A stretch of 62,819 nt of DNA, filler included, from Sphacelaria rigidula (lineage: Eukaryota): the NCBI GenBank assembly GCA_964200075.2. It is 11 parts of 11 records of this genome, joined end to end, with 100 filler letters (N's around TTAATTAATTAA, not from the genome) between each part and the next. Parts side by side here need not be neighbours in the genome. Positions count along the whole stretch, not along the records: positions 1 to 5,621 come from CAXNAA020025789.1; positions 5,722 to 11,341 come from CAXNAA020025790.1; 9 more parts are not named here. The stretch is one strand, 5' to 3'. Positions 1 to 11,328 of this stretch are shown in pieces (the first letter of the stretch is position 1; each line of letters opens with the position of its first letter). Made by a program: the position numbers and the translations under genes. Below the pieces are notes generated by a model that was given only the letters and a program-made list of their open reading frames with translations, made no database searches and was not told where the DNA came from.

Positions 1-789
1 GGGGGGGGGGGGGGAACCCCCGACACCCCCCCCCCCCCCCCCAAAAAGGGGGGGAAGAAAAGGGCGCCCCCCCCCCCCCCCCCCCCCCCCCCGGAAATGT
101 TCAATCGAGTGTAGTAGCGGATGACCACAAGACATGATTCTTGACTCGGCCATCATTGCAAAATGATTGCTGAGTGTCATCCATGGTTTCGGTCGGTAGT
201 AACCTGTCTGGTCGTACCCGCGGCTCGTAGTATTATGATGTGTATGTGATGGATTTGAAGGGACGGATTGATTTCTGTTATGACTGGCAGCACGCAAGGT
301 GATTTTCCGTAATTGTGGTCGCCATTTTCGGCAGGCAGGTGTGTTGTCGCGGGGAATCTCGTGTGGTCATGTGACTGCCGTAGGTCAAATACATACACGC
401 ACATGTATTGCCCTAGAAGCGACGTCATTTAAGGCTAAAATGAGTCCCGAGCGGAAATAGGTACCCGCTCGTCAAATTTTGAATATCCTTCGACCAATTA
501 TACGGCTGCTTAAAAAATAGCTCCGTTTCTCAACGATGGTAAAGGGCTTGCAGCCCGCCAGGGGGCATGGTTGGTCAGAGGAAACAGAGTTTCAGGGGAG
601 AGGGGGTTGACGTTGCGCATGGGTAGTCTTCTCTCCTATGTCAGCTTATCGTGTAATTTTACGAGTGGACTTTTCAAAATCCCTAGGTTAAAAAAAATGA
701 CGCTGAAGAGCTAGCTCATTGTACAGTCATTGGTGTTAGTCACCCGAAAGACTTACCATTGCCCCCCCCCCCCCTCTCCGACCCCGCCT

Positions 790-1640
790 GGCTCTATCTC
801 GAAAGAGACGCGTGGTCAATGTTCAAACGACAAAGACAAGCAACAAAGGAGAATGCCCCCCAACCCCTCCGCTCCTCCTTATATTTTTGCTATCCACACT
901 GCTTTTGCCGCGTCAATAAACGGCGTCGAATGCCGCAAAACAGGTGTGCGAGAAGAGCTGCATCGGAAACAAATTCTTCGGGACGCAGTTCGGTGAAGAG
1001 GTGAGCGAGAGCACCGTCCCTTTTTTTTTTAGCTTTTTTGTTTCTTTCATGGGCACACCAAGGCAAAAGGTACAGTATGGAGGAAAACAGTCGCAATCGG
1101 GAGGCGTACTCTCTAATAAGGAGTCTTGGAGCTGGTTCACTGGGTGCGACTACCGAAGTGCTGAGGCTAAAGGATACATGGACGGCATGTGCAGTGGGAT
1201 GTGTCGATGTCGATGCTTGGTGTAACAGCAGTCCATTTCACCGGTCGCAGCATGCGTAATTGTTGGTTTTATCGAGCTCCCAACCTTCCAGAAGATGACT
1301 CAACCTCATCCGTGTCAGTGTTTTTGTTTGGTGTTCGATAGCTTCGTCACGTATCTCGGACAAACGATGCTTAGCTCTCCCACCAACGCTGACATCGCTG
1401 GCGAGTGGAAGTGGAGAAGTTTAGTGAGCACCACCCGCTCATGTGCCGAATCGCCACAATTCGAAATTAAAACACCGTCCGAACGTCGATGAGGCAAGAG
1501 AGTTTCTACAGTATCGCGCGCGGCGGGGGGGGGGGGTGTACTCATGATCGTGAGTACACCCCCCGGGGGGAGGGGTTACTCATTTGTTGCTTGCCTTGGT
1601 CGTTTTACCATTGACCACGCATCCCTTTCGAGACGGAGCA
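790..1640. repeat. Inverted pair of ~75-bp dispersed repeat copies (790-870 and 1567-1640); a further copy at ~41446-41520
   Basis: ctatctcgaaagagacgcgtggtcaatg is the near reverse complement of cattgaccacgcatccctttcgagacgg. Confidence 0.8.
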
Positions 1641-2247
1641 CCGTACCTACTCCTGATAGAGACACCTCCAACATGTGGGTGCTCGTTACGTATCTTCCAT
1701 ACATTACGCAAAACTTTTCACGTATCTCACCCCCTTTTTATTTCGCCTTCTGTGGCCACCATCTGTTTCTTAGGATAGCCATCGTTTCTCGCTACTGTCG
1801 AATGTACCAAACGATGTCATGCCAACTTCATCTACTCTAACTCATTCCCCCCTCCAGTACGTGCGGCAGTACGTGCGGTTCCTCTTTGTATAGTTCACAT
1901 TTTTCCACAATGAATTCCATGCTCTAGTGCTTCGCGATAGGGGCAATTCTGCGCATCTACTCCCTCCTCCACTCGACTACTGGTATACCTTTTCCTTTTT
2001 TCTAGCAGGTGCAGGTCCTCCGCCCGAAATAGCAGCTTTAGTTTTTTCGCGGAGTTCGTCGGATCGTGCGGATATGTTCTCATCCCTATCCCTTCTCCCA
2101 CACCCTCGTATGTCTCGAGGTGTTCCTGCTCGTCTACTTTCTGTCTCAGCGCTTGTTCCCCCCTTATTTCTATCATATCTCTCACTTTTTTCTTGTACCT
2201 CCCACGTCCACCTATGAACATCATCTCGTCTTGGTTGGCGAGCACGC

Positions 2248-2302
<55 letters not shown>

Positions 2303-4669
2303 TGTGTGTGTTTGATCCACTTCTTACACGCAGGAGCTAATCTTAAGCGCGCTGCAAGTGGGGAATCGTTTTGTATTGACATCCACACGCTCAATTAACA
2401 CAACCTGACAACGCTGTCACCCGCATTCAAGTCGGTGACGAGGGTGTGAGATATGTGAAGAAATATACCCATGAACCCCTTCGTTCGGTGCAATCAGATC
2501 CTCCCCCCCCCCCCTACCCACCCATCGCAGAACCATTCATACACACTTGGGCCGTCAACATCGCCGCCATCACCTCCAGCAACGATCTCATGCACTCGAC
2601 AAACATATTCGGCTGTTTCCCTCACCTACCACCGACGACATTCAACAACGTTTTCGTGAAATTGAGAGTTGAAGGTACGATTGAGTGTGAAAAGCGGTCA
2701 ACTAGTGAATAAACCGTTTCAGTTCCGAAATGCACCTCCACCAGGCCCAATATCCTCTCTGTAGTAGCTTGCCACTGGGGCCCTCGATACCCCTGAGCAG
2801 GATATCAACGTGTAGCTGTAAGCACATGNNNNNNNNNNGAAAAGCACACACGGAATGTAAAATTGGCCGAGTTCAAGCGAATGATCAAAGCCACTCTCAA
2901 TCCGCACCCAACTCTCAATCTCACGAAAACCTTGTTATTCGTGCACGCGCTTACCCTAAAACATAAAAAATCTGACGGACGAAATGATTGGGCAGTGCTG
3001 GTGCGGACGATACCAAACTGAGCACACGAAGCACGGAGACTCCGAGGATTGTACGTACGAGTGCATCGGGAACGCAACGCAAACCTGCGGAGGGAGGGAC
3101 GCTATGAGCGTGTATGAATACACCAACCTTCCCTACTACTATGGATGCTTCGCGGACAACATCACCGACCGCATCATGAAGAAGACGCTCGTTGACCCCC
3201 TGATGACTACTCAGGTAACAGGAGTGCGGGCATATATTTCCTCACCACGCTCCATGACAATAGGTGGTCTTGGCATGTATCTTCTCCGCTGTTGCGTTTG
3301 TTTTCGAGAGACTGGACATACACACGTATCACCATCCACAGTAGTGCGTCACAATGGGTGGGATTTACGTTGTAGTGTGCCAACATGGTCAAGAGATAAA
3401 CGCGTTCCATTTTCCTGGGGTTTCAGCCTTGAGATATCATGATAGCTACTTGACTAGATATAGTCAGCGCTTACCGAGTAGGTCCGTGGTCATTGCGGGA
3501 AGTGAACATCAGCGCAGGTGTCTGTTGGGGGAGGGTATTTGCTTGTACTGTGTTTAGAATGCACTGCACAGTCGTTTGTTTGTTTCAGCCATCTGTCTGG
3601 GCCCGGTGGGCGTGCTTCGCTTCACATTTTGCGGTAACAGGCGGTGGCGTGATGATAGTCCGTTGAAATGTGTCCGGATTGCATCGCTCCTTTACTCAAT
3701 AGTTTCCGATGTGTTTCGGCCGGAGGGCACTCGTTGGATCACCTCCTCATCGCGATAGCTATGTCCGTGCTTCTGGTGCATGCATGGGACGTGTACCCCC
3801 CGTTAAGATGTTCTTACCTTCCCGACCAGCGTTGAACAGTATGCATGTTCAACATGTTCCAGAAAAAAAATGGAAGAAATTGCGTTCATTTGCATATTTT
3901 TCACCTCTGCCGTTTCGAAGCGGGTGTGGTTTCTTGTCGGTTGCCCAGGAATCCAAGAATAACCATCTTCATGCTTAGGCGAACTGCTCTGTGATGTATA
4001 TCGTGGGAGATCCTTTCACACAAACTTCAGAATATACGCACGCGAACACGTCTAGACACCTGTCGCCGCGGTGGCTCAGTTGGTAACCTCGAAACGCCCT
4101 GACGGTTGGGACGTGGGTTCAACTCTCGGAGCGACCTGGGATTTTTTCCCACACCATGCCCAACAGTGGAGAGCGACTTTGTCATGGGTACACAGAATTC
4201 GACTTGACAGTCGACAAGGGAAAGGGACTGCTGAACCCCTCTCGAAATAAAAAGAAAGGCAAGCACCGCAGAAGGAAGGTGAGGTACTAAAAACAAATGA
4301 AAAAGAAAAAGCTCCTAGGTTGACCTTCCTCCTGTGTGATCCCGGCTGATGCGCCCATATATACCGAAATGTATAGACCGGCGTCCAGAATAGAGGGGAC
4401 GACAAGACAACACACACACTATCCAGAGTATCAACGGCGCCAAAAAAATGTATTTGCTAGATGTTGGTTCCTTCCTTGTTCCTGCCCGTGCTTCGGCTGT
4501 GATCTTCGAGCCCCCCTTCATCCCGTTCCCATCCGTGCTCCTCTCTCATTCTCCTCCTTTGCCACGGTACTGCCACAAAATCAATGCACAACCCGAAACC
4601 AAAACCGAACAGATGTGCTTGGAGGAGTGTGAGGGAAGCCAGCACTTCGGTTTGCAGTACAGCGTGGAG
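944..4669 (+). CDS. Multi-WSC-domain protein, internal exons 944-1000, 2996-3214, 4613-4669 (partial gene)
   Basis: AG/GT-bounded phase-0 exons splice to VCEKSCIGNKFFGTQFGEE|CWCGRYQTEHTKHGDSEDCTYECIGNATQTCGGRDAMSVYEYTNLPYYYGCFADNITDRIMKKTLVDPLMTTQ|MCLEECEGSQHFGLQYSVE. This matches the WSC cysteine pattern (YGCF.D, C...C, F(G)xQ(Y/F), ECWCG, C...C.G....CGG). Confidence 0.92.
1895..2200 (-). mobile_element. Decayed LINE (non-LTR retrotransposon) ORF2 C-terminal fragment in a WSC intron
   Basis: EHLETYEGVGEGIGMRTYPHDPTNSAKKLKLLFRAEDLHLLEKRKRY...AQNCPY..LE.GIHC resembles the C-terminal region and CCHC knuckle of LINE ORF2 proteins (recognised from memory). It is degenerate. Confidence 0.6.
2250..2311. 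repeat. (TG)n microsatellite
   Basis: About 30 near-perfect TG units. Confidence 0.97.
2644..2936. mobile_element. MITE family A (AACAA..TTGTT TIRs, 4-bp TSD ATTC); other copies ~35885-36616 (interrupted) and ~53168-53469
   Basis: TIRs aacaacgttttcgtgaaattgagagttg / caactctcaatctcacgaaaaccttgtt are flanked by attc on both sides. The internal sequence is shared among the three copies. Confidence 0.85.
4062..4419 (+). mobile_element. tRNA-derived SINE with (AC)n tail; truncated copies at ~27856-27930 and 54896-55098 (minus strand)
   Basis: Pol III A box tggctcagttgg (4072-4083), B box ggttcaactc (4116-4125) and an acacacac tail. The 54.9-kb copy is flanked by a 14-bp duplication, tacttggcacgagt. 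Confidence 0.85.
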
Positions 4670-5621
4670 GTGAGCATTGTGTACAATGACCATGACAACC
4701 CGGCGTGCGTGGGCGCAACGCCTCATTCGTACTTGTTGCAGATAGCTCCACTCCCTGTGAAGAACCTGGGGGTGTGACAGCCGCAAGTGTAGTCAGTAGT
4801 CAATGTCTCCTGCATTGTACAGTGGTGAATCTCAATAGGTTGGTATCAAACAAGGCAAATCCAGCAAGAAGATGGGTGCTCTTCGCCTACCACAACTTTC
4901 TTTTGGGGGGGGGACGGCGGGTTCTCCGCATGGTCCATCACTCGCGTCATGGCAGATTCCCTCCGCCGAAGGCAGGTGTTCTTCATCTTTCAAAGCTCAT
5001 CTCAACTTCGCTCAAATAAGTTTATATGGCCGTAACAACTCACGCACACGGCAAACTAAATTTGACGACCTCATGACGTTTTCGGAGGAGAGGCTTCTTC
5101 GCCGGAATTCGTGTGAGGTCGAAAAGAGGCAGAGGTTCCGTGTGGTGGCTGACCTAGAGAGGTGATTTCCTGCTTCTATGGCAGTGGTCGTTGCTGGTTT
5201 CGTGTACTGCCCTGTATGTACTCGGACCGCCGAGGTCGGGTCTGGCCAGCTAAGGACCTCGACCCTTAGAAGCGTGCAACACTCGGCTTGTGCAAAGAGT
5301 AAGTGAATTCCACTGTCAAAGTGCTCCGCGCCACAGTGGTGCAGGGTTGAATGTCAATCGCTGTCGTACTGCCTGCACCATACAGTGGTTACCATCCGTA
5401 AAATTGTTGTTCTATGGCGATGATATCGGAACACGTCCCACCCCTGCTGGCGGGGGTCCCTGATTCGACGAATCATCGCCACCGCCGAAAGTGTTATTGC
5501 CGTAGCTCTGAGAGCAGATAGCCACGTGCGTGTGAGCATAAAGGTCGGCTTGATGGAGGTCGACGTGCGCGGGGTCCGTTGAACCCCGTCGAGGAGAAAT
5601 AGGCAGGAACTAGAGTAGATC

Positions 5622-5721
5622 NNNNNNNNNNNNNNNNNNNNNNNNNNNNNNNNNNNNNNNNNNNNTTAATTAATTAANNNNNNNNNNNNNNNNNNNNNNN
5701 NNNNNNNNNNNNNNNNNNNNN
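5622..5721. other. Artificial contig spacer N44-TTAATTAATTAA-N44 (also at 11342, 17062, 22782, 28502, 34222, 39942, 45662, 51382, 57101)
   Basis: Ten identical 100-bp blocks containing a six-frame stop linker. The intervening contigs are 5621/5620/5619 bp, i.e. sorted by length. Confidence 0.99.
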
Positions 5722-5941
5722 AGTGCGGATTGACAAACCGCACCGTGATAATCCGCACCGCGGAGCGGATTGTCCTCCGTACACATCCCTGGTACTTTTC
5801 AGCCTCCAGAGGGACTACACGCCTCCAGAGTCTCATCTCCACCTTTCTAGGGGAGTCAATTTTCGTGTGGAGGGATTTTCGGGGGTAGACAAACGGCCGA
5901 GTGTGAAACCAGCCCGAAAACCTCCTCGAAGAAAATGGTTA

Positions 5942-8900
5942 TGTCATGACGAAGGAAGATAGAGAGGCGTTATTTGTCCCTCCAGACAGTTTTGGGGCAG
6001 GTTGGCTACAGATCATCCGATCTGTCCATGTTCGCGGCAATTTTCAAGTACCGAAAGGGCAGACAGCAGAGCAAAATATGAAGAACTGGAGCTGAACGCC
6101 GAAAAGGGAGGAACTGCGGCAGAAATACGACACGTGTCGAGGAAACCGTGTGTGGGGGACCGCAGGAAGGCACACTGAAGGTGTACCACAGGTATTAATA
6201 GTCGCCAATAAGGAACAAACTTACAGACAAAACCAATAGTTGTCGCAAGAAAGGTGTGGTGTAAGAGCAAAACCTAACAATGAGACGACTGTGAAAGGAG
6301 GCAGACACTCGGACAGATGCCCGACGCATGTCTGCACTCTACGGGAATTCCTCTCCCGCTTGCGTACACACGACTTGAAATTGTCTCCATCCAAAGCCCG
6401 GCTCGGAGCGACTGAATTGGATTTTTTGGGACACTCTATCTCTCCTGCTGGATTGCACCTAGACACGGACAAAGTCAAGGCTATGACTGATATGCCCATG
6501 CCCACCAATATTTCGCAGCTTCGCTCGCTGTTGGGCGGACTTACTATCGCAATTTTTTGCCCAACTTTTCCAAGCGGATCCGGCCCATCACCGATTTATT
6601 GAAGAAAAACGTCCCCTCTGTCTTCACTAAAGACACGGAAGCTACCGTCCGCGAATTGCTCAAAACACTGACCGAAAAACCGGTTCTTTGTTTTCCGGAT
6701 TGGGATGCGGTACAAGACGGCTCCCGTCTTTTCCAACTACACACCGATGCTAGCACAGATGGGTTCGGCGCCGTTTTGAATCAGCCCCAACTGGATGGCT
6801 CTGTCCGACCTATTTTGTACATCAGCCGCGCAACCCTCCCAAACGAGGCAAACTGGAGTCCACTCCAACTCGAAGGCGGAGTCATAACTTGGGCTATTAA
6901 ACGGCTTCGACAGTACTTGTTCCACGTGCCTTTCCACATCCATACAGATCACGGAGCTCTTGAACAACTCGCTAAGGTTGGCGAACATAACCCCCGCGTG
7001 CAACGGTGGCTGGAGTTCTTCATTGCTTACCAGTACACAGTCAAACACCGTCCGGGCAAAACCAACGGCAATGCCGACCTTCTTTCGCGATTGCCTCTGC
7101 CCCCTACAGCGGTAGATTTCAGTCCCGCTTGCCGCTTGACTGAACCTGATGAACCAGGCGTCTACCCCATTCGGCGTTTTTCTACGCCCATCTACGCGCT
7201 TGGCCTGCAATGCCCTGATTCAGGTCTGCACATGGGGGGCCCCCGCCCTCTGTCCCCTGGTGCAGTTTTGGATGGCTTAGCGCCCACAGCTGCTGACTTT
7301 GCCGACTTCCGCACTTTCGGCCCTCGCGCGAACATCTCGGCGCCACCACCACCAAGTGTTCACCTCATCTCCGACCACACGCGTTCTCGGGCAGCAGCGC
7401 GTGCAAATTCTTCGCGTGCCGCGATACCACCGCCGTCGTCGGCCGCTTCTAGCAATGCGTCGCCGCCGCCGCCTCGTGCCCCCACGAGCCGTACAACACC
7501 TACCACAACCGGCCGCACGCCCACTGTTGTACCGACAAAGTCCGCGCCCCTTGCACGCCCAACGCGCCGATCACGTTCACTAGTTCGTGCTACCCCCACG
7601 CAGTCTTCTGGGAATCTCCCTGCACCTGCGCCTCTGACTCGCGATCCGCATGCGTCAGATCCGCTTCCGGACCAACATGTTGACGTCGGCACCCCTGCTT
7701 CCTCACCTGTGCCACCCCCTCCTGAGCCACCATGTTTGGTCGGCTCTCCGGCTGAAGGACAACTTCGAGAATTTGTCGCTAGCTACTCTCAGCGCGATTG
7801 GGCTCGCGACCAACAACAGGAGCCACTTTGTCGCGCGACAATGCGGTACTTACGGCTTAACTGCCCCACCCCTTTCCCGGCTGAGATCCTGACTCCCGTG
7901 GGCACTCTACCCGCCCCCACCGCCTCTGAAGTGCTCGAGCTTGCACGCAAAGGTACTATCTTCGTGACTGACGACGACGTCCATTTGCTTGTTCGCCGAC
8001 CCAACTCCCATTTGAGCACGGCTGCCGCAGTAACAACTGCCACTCCGGCACATATGCGTCATGACGCCCCTATCCGCATCTATATTCCTATCATGATGCG
8101 TCCGTGGGTCATGAAGGGCTGTCACTCTGATTTTTCCTGCCACGTAGGCGTCACGCGCACATTAGCGCTCCTTGAACGCTTTTATTGGTGGATCGGCATG
8201 AAAGCATCCACGCGCTTTTGGATCCGACGATGTTTCAAGTGTCAGGCTCGCAAAACCTCTTGACAGACTATACGATGGCCGGTGATCTCCATGGAACTTT
8301 CAAACGCTCCTGGTCACTTCGTATCGTTTGACTACTTCGGCCCTTTACCCACCACCGACCGTGGTAATACCTACATTCTGCTCTTCACCGATCGCTTCAG
8401 CCGTCACCCGGCTATGTACGCTGTTACTGCTAGCGATTTCACTGCTGCCGGCACAGCGGACATTCTCGCCCATGACTACATTAAACACTATGGCTGCCCG
8501 AAACGGCTCCTCTCCGACAATAGTCAACGATTTTGCTCCGAACTCTCGGATGCTTTGTACAAGCTCCTTGGCATTCGCAAAATTGCCACGAGCGCCTACC
8601 ACCGTAACGGTAACGGTGGAACTGAACGTGTGAACCACACTATGGCTCAAATGCTCTCCATGGTCGTAAACGACTGCCAGAATGACTGGGACCTTCATCT
8701 TTCGCATGTCATGCTGTCTTACAACAATTCGGTCAACGCGGCTACAGGCCTTTCGCCCAACGAGCTACATGTTGGACGCTACCCTCGTCTGCCCATCACC
8801 GTTTTCGAAAGACATACCTTCGATGGCCACCAAGGTCTGGAACAGGATCAGATGTCCTACCACGACTTCGCCAGGGCTCGTCAGCACAAGGCTTTCACTT

Positions 8901-11151
8901 TGGTGCGCGAACAACACGCTATCAACGCATCACGCCTTGAAAGATCTAATACCGCCCTCTATAGCTTGATGCAAAAACGCCCTACTTGGAAAATCGGCGA
9001 TTGGGTCTGGATCTACAACAGTTTATCCACCATCCGTCAAGGCGCTGACCGCACTGCCCAGACAACAGTCTTGAAGACCAAACTGTCCCTTAATTGGACG
9101 GGTCCGTTCAAGATTCTCAGAGGAGGACCCTCGCCAACGTCTCCAGATGGCAAGCCTGTTGGCGACAAACTCCTCTACCTCGATTTGCCTCGTGACCTCC
9201 AGGGACATGACGCTAAATCTCGCGTCTCTGTGCATCGTTGCAAGCCTTGCACGTACCCGCATGACACTACTGACATGCCTCAATACCTGCCTGCAGGTCT
9301 CACTCGATACGTGCTCAACAGGTACTCAACAAAATTTCCACCGTACCACGTTACCACCGATGACGTGACTGAACAACCTCTCCGCTTGGCCGTGTCCCAC
9401 ATTTCCGGCCACCAAATCACTCGAGATCCTGGCGGCAAAATTGCTATTATGTACAAAACACACCGGGAAGGTCTTCGGCGTGTGTCTTGGGAACGCGAGT
9501 CCGACAATCAACTGCACCGTCGTGCCATCCTTCTTTATTGGACGCTGACAACGAAGGATATCGCAACATGAGACGCGGTGCTGCAGCCCGCGAACTCCAC
9601 CGCGACGGAGGATTACGGTTTGTAGCCGATGGTTACGAACTCGTACCCACCAAACAATGGGACGAAAATATTCACGCAAAACAACAACCGCTCCCTAAAG
9701 GTGCCTATTTGTGGTATAAAGGCAGCGATTACCTATGGTGGCTAGGTTAGATCCACTCCGTCGATGCCCTCGCGGCTGACACGTACATCGTGCGTTTCCT
9801 CGACGACCCTGGGCCCGTTCAGCTCAAGCTCCGCCCCGATTTATACACGACTAGCCCCTCCGCACCCCGCGGTTCCTGGTGCCTACAACGCTTCAAGTCA
9901 CACGGCCTACGACGAGGCCTTCAACGCAATATCGACCGTACACACGACATCAATGCACCATCTTGAGTCCCATTTCTTTGCACTCCCTTCATCGCGATCT
10001 TTCTCTCCCCTCCCAGTTTGCTTCTGGTACTTCCCTTATTCCCACTCAGGTACGCTCTCCTCTTCACTGCTTCACCTACTACGGCTCTGCTACCACGGCT
10101 CATCTCTGCCCTCATCGACCCCTTCGACACCTTCCTTTGGATCCCCTTCGCCCCCTTCCATCGGCCTCTACGCGGCCACCACTTTGTCCGGCTGGCACTC
10201 GACCCTATTCGGGTCCTTGAGTTTCTGCTTCCCTGCTGAGATTGCCACTGTGCCCTCTGCGAGGTTTTCCTTTGCTTTATATCTAGCTAGCGCGTCAAAG
10301 CATTGTGTGCTTTTCCCGTCTGTTCGCTAGCGCGTCAAAGTATTGTGTGCTACTGCGCAGTCAACCGCAATTGCGTAATTGCGCTTTTTGAGGCACCTTG
10401 GTTTTTCTCGCTTGAGATGTGGGAGGATCGGGCATGGGCTGGTCTTTGCCCTCTTGTTTTTTTTTCGCGTTGTCTCCTCATGACTTGATGGGTGAGACAA
10501 GCCTCAATTGTAGTTGCTCTTGAAATTTCATCGCAACTCAAATAGAGGTTCGTCTGGGTGGGTGAGTGTCATGAGGAAGGAAGATAGAGAGGCGTTATTT
10601 GTCCCTTCAGACAGTTTTGGGGCAGGTTGGCTATAGATCATCCGATCTGTCCATGGGAATACTCCCATCGTTCTGGAGAAGATCGGCGTACAGACTGGTG
10701 TACCCTAGCCCCGAGGAGAAGGAACGCCTTCTCGGGCCTAGGTCAGATAAGTTGCGTTGCATGCATACTCGGTCACTCTTGAGCTGCCCTCTGAGCTGGA
10801 CCATTCTGCTCCTACTGCTTACCTTTGGTGAGAACAGTACGCTAGGCGAGCAGGAGAATAATAAGCGAGATTTACAAAATATCAAGCCTTCGAGCTCCTT
10901 TGTTTATTTGCTACTGTTGGCCAACAGTCACGAGAACCTGTGTGTGTGTGTGAATCACATATCTGCAGCTTGTTCTGCTCGGACACAGTGCACTTTGTGC
11001 ACCTTACCAAGCCTGCAGCACATTGATCTATCTAGGAAGGTGTGTGGAGCCTGTCCATACCTATCATTATTACAGTTATACTATGCATGATAGCTGGTGA
11101 AGGGCCTCATGTAGACGACGTTGGCGAAGACGATCCCAAGTACGCCTGACA
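5942..11151 (+). mobile_element. Ty3/Gypsy LTR retrotransposon, internally deleted (5' LTR stub 5942-6030; 3' LTR 10567-11151)
   Basis: An 89-bp direct repeat starting tgtcatga (3 mismatches). The 3' LTR runs tgtca...tgaca and is preceded by the G-rich PPT-like ctgggtgggtgag. The pol order is RT-RNaseH-INT. Confidence 0.93.
6327..9966 (+). pseudogene. pol: Gypsy pol: RT C-terminus, RNase H, Pro/Thr-rich linker, integrase (HHCC, DDE), chromodomain-like and Tudor/SH3-like tail
   Basis: Motifs LKLSPSK..FLGH, LHTDASTDGFGAVL, HRPGKTNGNADLLSR, CH....CHVG..CFKC, VSFDYF/LLSDN/TERVN. Frameshifts at ~6541 and ~9550, and stops at 8261 and 9748. Confidence 0.92.
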
Positions 11152-11289
11152 GTTCCTAGCTGCGCGGTGTGATCGGCTTTTTTTTTGTCATTTTGATTTA
11201 CATATCACGGGTCTGTCAAGATAATTTTTTCGGACACGGAGCCCCCCCCCCCCCCCCCCCCCCCCCCCGGCCCTTTTTCGTAATTTTTC

Positions 11290-11328
<39 letters not shown>

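Noticed and set aside
1..92. G/C-run structures at contig ends (also 11240-11341, 28410-28501, 39848-39941)
   Set aside because: These are low-complexity read ends after homopolymers and are likely sequencing artefacts.
1895..2398. His/Thr-repeat and Cys/Val-repeat ORFs
   Set aside because: They are translations of the (TG)n microsatellite fused to a LINE fragment.
4062..4135. tRNA gene
   Set aside because: A and B boxes are present, but the sequence continues into a repeated body with an (AC)n tail, so it is a SINE head.
5666..5677. Regularly spaced TTAATTAATTAA palindrome every ~5720 bp
   Set aside because: It is an artificial six-frame-stop linker embedded in N runs, not a biological periodic site.
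6737..9679. Antisense and alternate-frame ORFs over Gypsy pol
   Set aside because: These are shadow ORFs of a GC-rich coding region with no recognisable motifs.
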